From contig NZ_CP066126.1 of NCBI RefSeq assembly GCF_020544465.1, positions 2,877,260 through 2,901,259 of the forward strand: a stretch of DNA of 24,000 nucleotides. Direction: 5' to 3'. Numbering within the stretch: the first letter of the stretch is position 1; every line of letters begins with the position of its first letter. The notes beneath the pieces are model-generated. The model was given only the letters and a program-made list of their open reading frames with translations, was not told the origin of the DNA and ran no database searches. Both the position numbers and the translations under genes were made by a program. Source of the DNA: Chromobacterium rhizoryzae (GTDB lineage: Bacteria; Pseudomonadota; Gammaproteobacteria; Burkholderiales; Chromobacteriaceae). Of this stretch, positions 1 to 10,023 are shown in pieces.

Positions 1-212
1 CGTACATTCCCATCATTAATAGCATCCGTCGCAAAGCGCGCCGCAGCAGCTTCAAGAGCTTCAATGCTTTTCTTGAGAGGCGACTCCAGTTCATGCCGCA
101 GATTAACCTGATAGTAACCTCGGTACTCGATCTTATATTCGGGGACGCTGGCCCCGCTGGTGGTGGAAGTGCCAGCACTGCGGCTTCTGCCATAGGTCAC
201 GGAATCAGTCAT
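1..212 (-). CDS. Hypothetical protein, N-terminal part only (gene runs off the left edge). It is translationally coupled to the PAAR gene and may be a PAAR-associated cargo or accessory protein.
   Basis: ATG at 212-210 lies 3 nt after the PAAR stop (TGA, 218-216), with GAGGG about 8 nt upstream. Hand translation gives MTDSVTYGRSRSAGTSTTSGASVPEYKIEYRGYYQVNLRHELESPLKKSIEALEAAAARFATDAINDGNV with no stop up to position 1. The ORF is absent from the supplied track, probably because it is open at the edge. No family motif recognised. Confidence 0.45.
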   Translation of the reverse strand, partial: MTDSVTYGRSRSAGTSTTSGASVPEYKIEYRGYYQVNLRHELESPLKKSIEALEAAAARFATDAINDGNV

Positions 213-215
213 GTC

Positions 216-785
216 TCAGCCCTCAATCAGATTAATGAATTGGTTAAAGAGGCATTCGCCATTATCTTCGTCATCCGGAATTTCCACATGGACACCCGCC
301 ACCTCGGCCATGGAGTCAATCCGCAAGCAGCTGGCCTGGTCAAACGTCATGTCTTTGGAACTGCCGTCGTTGAAGTTGATCGTGCAGGCCAAGCCTTGGT
401 AGTTCTCCTGGGCGGGCAAAGCGAACTCGATCCAGTTCGGGCCTTGCGCCAGCATGGGCGCTCCCGCCGCAATCATCGCGCTCAGCGGCCCCGGCACCCT
501 CTTGGCTGCGCCAGGGTCGGTATCTACCGTGGCTTGAGACTGGGAGGCAATCAGGACTGCGCCGCAGGAAGTGAGCATCCCTTCCACCGCCACATTCTTG
601 CCCATGAAGATGACGTTTTGCGCCCCGGCCACGATGACGAACTCTGTCTTGCACTGCGGACAGTAGCCACGGTGGCCGATGCCGGATGCGTTCTTGCCAT
701 AGATATTGAAGTTGGGGAATGACTCCAGCACGGTGCCGCCATGTGAAGTGGTATCGCCCTCCCGGACGATTGCGCGCGCAGCCAT
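216..785 (-). CDS. PAAR-domain protein (T6SS spike-tip family) with a C-terminal extension of about 95 aa of unknown function
   Basis: ORF track 216..800. The N-terminal ~95 aa follow the PAAR-like pattern of T6SS tip proteins (REGDTTSHGGTV ... GHRGYCPQC ... VAVEGMLTSCGAVLIAS). The start is placed at ATG 785 (AAGGA 6 nt upstream); ATG 800 is the alternative. The C-terminal half has an acidic tail (EIPDDEDNGE) and no recognisable toxin motif. Confidence 0.85.
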   Translation of the reverse strand: MAARAIVREGDTTSHGGTVLESFPNFNIYGKNASGIGHRGYCPQCKTEFVIVAGAQNVIFMGKNVAVEGMLTSCGAVLIASQSQATVDTDPGAAKRVPGPLSAMIAAGAPMLAQGPNWIEFALPAQENYQGLACTINFNDGSSKDMTFDQASCLRIDSMAEVAGVHVEIPDDEDNGECLFNQFINLIEG

Positions 786-897
786 AGTTTTCCTTTCCAT
801 TCAAGAAAGTAGCTTCCGGCACGCCACGGGCATTCTCGGCAATTATTCTTAAGATATCAACTAAACGAAGTCCCCTGCTCCGATTTGTCCATACGGA

Positions 898-1098
898 GGC
901 AACCGAACCTAGCGGCTCCGCCGCTGTATAGGTTCGTCTGGCTGCGCCCTCGTCGTACCCGCAAGAAGGCCAAGCCTGACGGCTGCCGTAGTAGATTGCG
1001 GTCTTGCAACCTTGTCGCGCGCCGGGTCAAGCCTCTCCCGGCCGGCGCCAAAGTTGACCAGGAGGCCGCAATAACGCCTTTCCCTCCGCACTCCGCTG
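898..1098 (+). repeat. Degenerate copy of the conserved leader/small-ORF cassette, paralogous to 4912-5100. The start-codon position reads ATA.
   Basis: Hand alignment with 4912-5100 gives shared blocks: GGCAnC...GCTGTA, GGCTGCCG, CGGTCTTGCnACCTTGTC, a hairpin with a 16-nt loop containing GCCTCTCC, AAAGyTGACyAGGAGrCCGCAAT, and CCGCACTCCGCT. The position equivalent to ATG 5075 is ATA (1071-1073). Confidence 0.5.
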
Positions 1099-1249
1099 CG
1101 TATGCCTCGTCCATGGGATATGCCGGGCCGCCGGTCATCAAAGCATTGCGGGGCCTCAGCCAGCGCTTGCTCGCGCAACAGGAGCAAAACCCCTTGCCGC
1201 AGCTAGCCGTCCAAGCAAAGCGGCTTGCGGCACAGGAGGCTTTCCCACG

Positions 1250-4200
1250 TTATGGCGCCCGGAATGTGGTGGTCCAGGCGGCGAACTGCTCAGCCGGCAT
1301 CGGCGCGGCAATAAAATACCCCTGAGCATAGTCGCAGCCCAGCTCACGCAGGCTCTGCCAGTCAGCGGCGGACTCCACTCCCTCCGCCACCACCAGCCGT
1401 CCCAGATGGTGGACAAGTTCGATGGTGGATTTCACGATCATGGCGGAGTCTTTGTCCTGCGACATATTCATCACAAAAGACTGATCAATCTTGATGTAAT
1501 CCACCGGCAGTTTTTGCAGATAGCTCAACGACGAGTAGCCGGTGCCAAAATCATCCACATACAGTGCGACACCAGCGCATCGCAGTTCATGCAACAAGGC
1601 CAGCGCCAGCTCCGGGTCCAGCATCACGGAGCTTTCCGTGATTTCCAGCTCCAGCAAGCCGGTGCGAATCGAACGCTGTTCCTGCCAAAGCCGCAGCTTG
1701 TCCGGCAAGGCGTCGTCTTGCAGATTGCGCACCGATAAATTGACCGCGATGGGCAGCATCAGCCGCTGCCTCTGCCAGGCTTGCAGAAGCTCCAGCGTTG
1801 CCGTAATGACCCACTCGGTCAGCGGGTGGATAAGCCCGGACCGCTCAGCGATATCAATGAAGGCGCTGGGCCCCAACAAGCCGTGCTGCGGATGCTGCCA
1901 GCGCACCAAGGCCTCGGCGCCGCAGATCCGGCCATCGGCCAGGCTGACCTTGGGCTGCAGGTATAGCCGCAGCTCGCCCTGCGCTATGGCATGGCGGAGT
2001 TCTCTGGCCAGCGTCAGCCGCTCCGCCTGCGTCTCGCCCTTGCCCGGTTCGTACAGGCAATAAGCCACCCCTCGCTGCTTGGCCTGCTGTGCGGCCTTGC
2101 CCATATGACGCAACAAATCGTGTACGTTCCCCCCATGTTGAGGGAACAGCGCGATTCCCACTCTTGCAGCAACGTCCAGGGTCAGCCCCGCCACTTCAAA
2201 AGCGGTGGTCATCGTCCAGGTGACCGCCGTGACCAGCACCAAGGCCTCTTGCGCGTCGGCGCCGGGGAGCAAGACCGCAAATTCGTCGCCTCGCACGCGC
2301 GCGGCCAACGCGGCGGCGGGCAGGCAAGCCCTCAGGCGAGCGCCAAACTCACGCAATACCTGGTCGCCCTGCGCAAAGCCGAGCACCTCGTTGATTTCCC
2401 CCAGCCGCTCGATATTGAACTGCAGCACGGCCAGCATGCGGCCCTCCTGGCTGGCGTGCACAACGGCCAGCGTCAATGCCTCTTCAAACTGCAACATATT
2501 GGGCAGGCCGGTCAGTTGATCATGGCGCAGCATTTGCTGCATGGCTGCGCGGGCCTGCTCTCGTTCCCGCTGCGCACGCAAGGAGCCGATGCCGAACGCG
2601 AGATCGGCGCTGGCCTCAATCAGCAAATCAATCTCGTCGTCGTCAAAGGTATCCGCCTGCTTGTCGTAAATGGTCAGGGCGCCGATCACGCGGCCGTCCA
2701 CCCGCAACGGGCAGGCCAGGCCGGATGCCGCCCCATACATCAAGGCCCGCAGCGCCCCATACCGGCTGTCGTTCTGCATGTCGCGCGCCAGTTGCACCTT
2801 GCCGGTACGCACGGCAGTCGGCGTGATGCTGATGCCGCCGGCGGCATCGGCTCTGCCCAGGACAATGCCTTTCAGTTCGTCCAGCCCGCCGGCAAAGCCG
2901 CATTGAGCCATCGGCTGTAGCTCTTGCGCCTCTCCGTCGCCATACCAGATCACCGCCGTGTCGTAACCGCCGGCCTCAACAATGGCCCGGCAGCTGCTGT
3001 CCAGCAACTCCTGCTCGTCCTTGGCGCGCAACATGGCGCGGTTGCCAGCGCTGAGGGTACGCAAGGCGCGGGAAACATGCTCCAGCTCGCGCACTTGCTG
3101 AGACAGTTCGTTGTTGAGCAGCTGGATATGCTCCTCTGCCGCCTTGCGCTCGGTGACGTCGATGCCCAGCACGTAATAACCGATCACCTCCTCCTGCTCA
3201 TTGCGTTTGGGCACATAGCGTATGTTTTGCCAAACCCCTGGAAAAGGCTGCCAGTCATAGTCCAGCGGCTCGCCTGCCAGCGCCTTGTCAATGCGCGGAC
3301 AGGCTATGTCGTAACGCTCTTCCCCCAGAATTTCCTTCACGGCGCAGCCGGTGATGTTCACGCGCTCTGGCGCAAAGCGCTGCCGGTACTGTTCGTTGAC
3401 ATACACATAGAGGCGATCGGCATTGACATAGGCAATCAGCACCGGCACTGCGCTGAGGATGGCGTCCAGATGCGCCTCGCTTTCCACCAAGCGCAAGGAC
3501 CGGTCCTGCACTCTCTCGGTAAGCAGGGCATTCTGCGCCAGTATGGTCAGCCGGGCATCCCGTTCCGCGGTGGAGTCATGGAATACGACCACCACGCCGT
3601 TCAGTTGACCGCCGCTGGCGATAATCGGGGCCACGGTGTAGCTGATCGGGCACTGCCGGCCGTCGCGCGCCACCAGTTCCCCATGCCAGGACTCCGGCAT
3701 GTGCAAGGCCTGAGTCACCATTCTTGTGCCGCACGCCAATAAATCGATAGCCCGGTCGTCTTTATCCCGCCGCACGGTCAATATCTGTGACAGGGGCACG
3801 CCGACGGCCTCGGCGGCAGGCCAACCCGTGAGCAACTCGGCCACCCGGTTGCAACGGGTAATCAAGCCAGCCGCATTGACGGAAACAACCGCGTCCCCAA
3901 TCGAATGCAGCGTGGCGGCCAGGCTTTCCTCGCTGGACGCCAATGCCTCCCGGCTGGCCTTGAGCGCCCGCCATTGCCGCCGCACCATGAAAAAAGTCCC
4001 GGCCAGCAGCAGGTAAAGCGTGATGCCGCTCAGGCCGTTCCACCATAGCTGCCACTGCTGTGAGCGCTCATAATCGATCTGCCTCCGTTCCAACACGTGG
4101 TGCTCTTCCCGGTCCATTTCGTCCAGCAAGCGATATACCTGTGTGCGGGAGGCGCGTAGCGGCGCTTGCGTCGCATAGGCGCTGGCTGCGGTTCCGCCCT

Positions 4201-4603
4201 GCTGGCGATACAAGCGCTCAACCTCACGGGAGATTGCCAATCGCTGATTGACGACTCTGCGCAGAGCCATCCAACGCTTAAGCTGTTCCGGGCTATCGCC
4301 GACTCGCACACGAAGCTGCGCCAGCAAGCGCTCGCGTGCGTCAATTGCCCTGTCGCGCTCCTTTAAATTGGATTCATCGCCTGTCAGACGATAGTTCTGA
4401 GTGCTCATTTCCACTTGCGTGGTATCGCCGCGGATATGCGCCAACTGGTCCATGACCAGAACGCTGTTCGCCAGCCAGTGCGCGGCTTGACTGGCGTTGT
4501 CGACAACCTTCCAGATGGAAAGCGACAGCGCCGCTACAAACAACATGGCAACGGCAATGGCGACTCGCAACTTGGCTTCAAATCGGTCTGGCAAAATGTC
4601 CAC
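1250..4603 (-). CDS. Membrane-bound c-di-GMP signalling protein: CHASE3 sensor, 2x PAS, GAF, degenerate GGDEF, EAL phosphodiesterase
   Basis: ORF track 1250..4603, 1117 aa, GTG start. N-terminal TM helix, then the CHASE3 signature (STQNYRLTGDESNL), then a second TM. Two PAS regions (SIGDAVVSVNAAGLITRCNRVAELLTGW; ILSAVPVLIAYVNADRLYVYVNEQY ... DVTERK) and a GAF region follow. The GGDEF domain has motif RGDEF, and LTGLPNM / FNIERLGEINE replace the usual NR and DxD-type residues. The EAL domain is intact (GAEALVRW, ELEITES, DDFGTGYSSLSYL, KIDQSFV, EGVE). Confidence 0.92.
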   Translation of the reverse strand: MDILPDRFEAKLRVAIAVAMLFVAALSLSIWKVVDNASQAAHWLANSVLVMDQLAHIRGDTTQVEMSTQNYRLTGDESNLKERDRAIDARERLLAQLRVRVGDSPEQLKRWMALRRVVNQRLAISREVERLYRQQGGTAASAYATQAPLRASRTQVYRLLDEMDREEHHVLERRQIDYERSQQWQLWWNGLSGITLYLLLAGTFFMVRRQWRALKASREALASSEESLAATLHSIGDAVVSVNAAGLITRCNRVAELLTGWPAAEAVGVPLSQILTVRRDKDDRAIDLLACGTRMVTQALHMPESWHGELVARDGRQCPISYTVAPIIASGGQLNGVVVVFHDSTAERDARLTILAQNALLTERVQDRSLRLVESEAHLDAILSAVPVLIAYVNADRLYVYVNEQYRQRFAPERVNITGCAVKEILGEERYDIACPRIDKALAGEPLDYDWQPFPGVWQNIRYVPKRNEQEEVIGYYVLGIDVTERKAAEEHIQLLNNELSQQVRELEHVSRALRTLSAGNRAMLRAKDEQELLDSSCRAIVEAGGYDTAVIWYGDGEAQELQPMAQCGFAGGLDELKGIVLGRADAAGGISITPTAVRTGKVQLARDMQNDSRYGALRALMYGAASGLACPLRVDGRVIGALTIYDKQADTFDDDEIDLLIEASADLAFGIGSLRAQREREQARAAMQQMLRHDQLTGLPNMLQFEEALTLAVVHASQEGRMLAVLQFNIERLGEINEVLGFAQGDQVLREFGARLRACLPAAALAARVRGDEFAVLLPGADAQEALVLVTAVTWTMTTAFEVAGLTLDVAARVGIALFPQHGGNVHDLLRHMGKAAQQAKQRGVAYCLYEPGKGETQAERLTLARELRHAIAQGELRLYLQPKVSLADGRICGAEALVRWQHPQHGLLGPSAFIDIAERSGLIHPLTEWVITATLELLQAWQRQRLMLPIAVNLSVRNLQDDALPDKLRLWQEQRSIRTGLLELEITESSVMLDPELALALLHELRCAGVALYVDDFGTGYSSLSYLQKLPVDYIKIDQSFVMNMSQDKDSAMIVKSTIELVHHLGRLVVAEGVESAADWQSLRELGCDYAQGYFIAAPMPAEQFAAWTTTFRAP

Positions 4604-4911
4604 CCCGGCGTGCTGACCCCAATCAATATCCTATATAGATAGTAAATTCCGCCACGGTAGAACAAGGCATTAACCAAGGGTTTGGTCTTGAGGCCCCACA
4701 AACTCCAGTCCGCTCCCCCTTGAAAATTCCAACTTGATGAACCACGACGCATCCTTTGAAGGATGACAATCAAGAAACCCTCCTCTCCTCCGCCATTGGC
4801 TTGACGCCCCACCCCCGCCTCAGTACCCTGTGCCTCGCGCTGCGCCCAATACGCTGCGTAGGGCTGGCAAGCCCAGAAATGTATGATCGCAGACTCTTTT
4901 GTGTCCGCTTT

Positions 4912-5074
4912 GGCACAACTACGTCTGCTGCCACGCTGTACCCATTCGGGTAGGCCGTGGCAGGGAGCTCCTTGTGGGCTGCCGGTCCTTGATCATACAT
5001 ACCGGTCTTGCCACCTTGTCACGTGCCTGTCCATGCCTCTCCGGGCAGGCTCTAAAGCTGACTAGGAGACCGCA
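4912..5074 (+). promoter_or_regulatory. Candidate structured 5' leader (cis-regulatory RNA) upstream of the small ORF; class unknown
   Basis: Conserved against 898-1070. Hairpin GCCTG(5025-5029)/CAGGC(5046-5050) with a 16-nt loop. Block CGGTCT (5003-5008) is complementary to AGACCG (5067-5072), which overlaps the SD GGAG, and CAT (4998-5000) is complementary to the ATG (5075-5077). The terminal motif GACTAGGAGACCGCA loosely resembles a B12 box, but I could not find the canonical cobalamin core. Confidence 0.4.
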
Positions 5075-5365
5075 ATGACCCCTTCCCATCCGCACTCCGC
5101 TTTCGCCAAACCACCGCCTGATCCACAGAGCCAAACCCTGGCCGCCTGCGCCCTGGCCTTGAACTGCCTCGCCACCCTGCGTCACGCGCTTGACGCCTTC
5201 CAATCCCACGCCGCACAGTCACATCAACCCCGTTTGCAGCATCTGGCCTGCGCCGCCACCGCGGTGCTGGACAATTGCGCCAGCCAGTTGCACAGTCTTT
5301 GCCCCGACGCCGTTCCCTGCCCGCGGAACGACAGGTTTCCAACACTGACTTGGAGACCGCAATGA
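5075..5365 (+). CDS. Small hypothetical protein, 96 aa, Cys/His-rich, predicted helical
   Basis: ORF track 5075..5365. GGAG lies 6-9 nt upstream of the ATG. Third codon positions are strongly G/C-biased through the central part (GCC, CTG, TGC, CAC ...), consistent with real coding. It has 6 Cys arranged as CALALNC, CAATAVLDNC and CPDAVPC. The stop TGA (5363-5365) overlaps the next ATG (5362-5364). No family recognised. Confidence 0.45.
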   Translation: MTPSHPHSAFAKPPPDPQSQTLAACALALNCLATLRHALDAFQSHAAQSHQPRLQHLACAATAVLDNCASQLHSLCPDAVPCPRNDRFPTLTWRPQ

Positions 5366-5445
5366 CGCCTTCCCTCTCTTTCGCCACTGCCGCTAAACCG
5401 CCCCCGGCTGCCCGCTCTGTCAGACGCCCGCATCAGTCGGCGTTG
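5362..5445 (+). pseudogene. Truncated second copy of the small-ORF cassette; only about 25 N-terminal codons are conserved
   Basis: MTPSLSFATAAKPPP parallels MTPSHPHSAFAKPPP of the upstream ORF and is preceded by the same GACTTGGAGACCGCAATGAC junction. After about 25 codons the frame enters AT-rich sequence with non-coding-like codons (AAT TGT CAT ATT TTT AAC AAA TTA). It then runs through the bgl RAT/terminator, so the long track ORF 5275..5658 is not credible. The end coordinate is approximate. Confidence 0.3.
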
Positions 5446-5570
5446 AATTGTCATATTTTTAACAAATTAAGTTGTCATTCCTACCATCCTATGGTCTTAT
5501 GCGTTGATGACAGCTGGGACCAAAGCCGTGACAGGGTTCCCGCGTCGTCAAACCGGATGTATGTGCTCAA

Positions 5571-5602
5571 GGATTGTTACTGCGCAAGCAGGCAAAACCT
5601 GA
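5571..5602 (+). promoter_or_regulatory. RAT (ribonucleic antiterminator) site 1, the BglG target in the operon leader
   Basis: GGATTGTTACTGCGCAAGCAGGCAAAACCTGA matches the BglG/SacY-family RAT consensus (GGnTTGTTACTGC..GCAGGCAAAACC). It overlaps the 5' arm of the following terminator. Confidence 0.85.
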
Positions 5603-5641
5603 TGACTTGGCTGAGGCCAAGCCGTCAGGTTTTTTTGTTTT
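5596..5641 (+). terminator. Rho-independent terminator 1, conditional and overlapped by RAT 1
   Basis: AACCTGATGACTTGGC-tgag-GCCAAGCCGTCAGGTT forms a stem of about 16 bp with one mismatch and one wobble, followed by TTTTTTTGTTTT. Confidence 0.85.
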
Positions 5642-5654
5642 CAGGGTGTGCGCT

Positions 5655-6473
5655 ATGAAAATCAGCAAAATCTTGAACAACAACGCGGCCCTCGTGTTGG
5701 ACGAACACCAGCATGAGTTGGTGGCCATGGGCTGCGGCCTGGGGTTCCAAAAGCGCCCGGGAGACGCGCTGGACCCGGCCCGGATCGAAAAACTCTTCGC
5801 CTTGCAAAACCATGAGCTGACATCCCGCTTGAGCGAAGTCTTGAGCGGCATCCCCGCGGAGGTGATGGCGGTGTGCGCCGATATCCTCAGCCTGGCGAAA
5901 AAGCAATTGGGCAAACTGCCCGAGGAGGTGTATCTGGCGCTGCTGGATCACTGCCATTTCGCGATTGAACGCCAGCGCCAGGGCATTGCCCTCCACAACG
6001 CGCTGCAATGGGAAATGCGCAGGCTCTACCCAAGAGAGTTCGCCCTTGGCCAGCAAGCGCTGATGCTGATTGAGCAGCGCCTGGGTCTGAGCCTGCCGGA
6101 AGATGAAGCGGGGTTCATCGCCTGGCATTTGACCAATGCCCAAATATCAACCGAGGCTCTCGGGATGCAAGCCATTTCCCAATTGATGCAGCAGATACTC
6201 CGGATTGTCACCTACCAGCAAGGGCGTGAGCTTGACGAGCAAATGCTGAACTACCACCGCTTCATTGCCCACCTGAAGTTTTTTGCGCAACGCGTGTTGT
6301 CGCAGCAGACATTGCCTGTTGGAGACGCCTCCTTGCATGCGGCGGTGAAGGCAAGCTACCCGCAGGCGTGGCGCAGCGCGGAAAGCGTTAGAGGCTTTAT
6401 TTGGGAGCAGTACCAGAAGGAACTTGAGTTGGACGAGATGATGTTCCTCGCCATTCACATCAGCCGCCTGTAA
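5655..6473 (+). CDS. bglG: BglG/LicT-family transcription antiterminator (CAT RNA-binding domain plus two PRDs)
   Basis: 272 aa. The N-terminus MKISKILNNNAALVLDEHQHELVAMGCGLGFQKRPGD is typical of the CAT domain, and length and context match BglG. The start is at ATG 5655, just after terminator 1. The track's 5574 start would lie inside the RAT/terminator. Confidence 0.92.
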   Translation: MKISKILNNNAALVLDEHQHELVAMGCGLGFQKRPGDALDPARIEKLFALQNHELTSRLSEVLSGIPAEVMAVCADILSLAKKQLGKLPEEVYLALLDHCHFAIERQRQGIALHNALQWEMRRLYPREFALGQQALMLIEQRLGLSLPEDEAGFIAWHLTNAQISTEALGMQAISQLMQQILRIVTYQQGRELDEQMLNYHRFIAHLKFFAQRVLSQQTLPVGDASLHAAVKASYPQAWRSAESVRGFIWEQYQKELELDEMMFLAIHISRL

Positions 6474-6520
6474 GCCTGATCTTTACTCGCCGGCGGCTTT
6501 GAGCCGCAGAGACATCAATA

Positions 6521-8481
<1,961 letters not shown>

Positions 8482-8500
8482 CCACCGCATCAGGAGATGA

Positions 8501-9901
<1,401 letters not shown>

Positions 9902-10023
9902 TCGCAGAAACGGGAACATTCGCGGCCCGCCAACAGCGGGCCAAGCCATAGCAGGCGCTGCCATAGGCCAGGAGCGGGCTTTGCCCGCGCCTAGGCAGCC
10001 GCCGGAAAGATCAGGAGACAAAC

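Noticed and set aside
93-822. Plus-strand ORF 93..722 (209 aa) and minus-strand alternative frames 340..822 and 551..742
   Set aside because: They overlap the PAAR gene, whose frame carries a clear family signature. These frames give Arg/Gly-rich sequence with no start context.
898-5077. Calling the repeated leader a cobalamin (B12) riboswitch
   Set aside because: Only the 3' GGAGACCGC-type box and a CTGTA segment resemble the family. I could not find the conserved GGGAA...GGUG..AA..CC and GCCACUG...GGGAAGG core by eye, and the GGAG may simply be the Shine-Dalgarno. The element is kept as unclassified pending cmscan.
4534-5454. Short ORFs in the 4.6-5.5 kb spacer (4534..4812, 4756..4953, 4770..5000, 4919..5209, 5052..5387, 5224..5454)
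   Set aside because: They have no SD, poor codon bias and mutual overlaps. Only the 5075..5365 frame has a start context and coding-like third-position bias.
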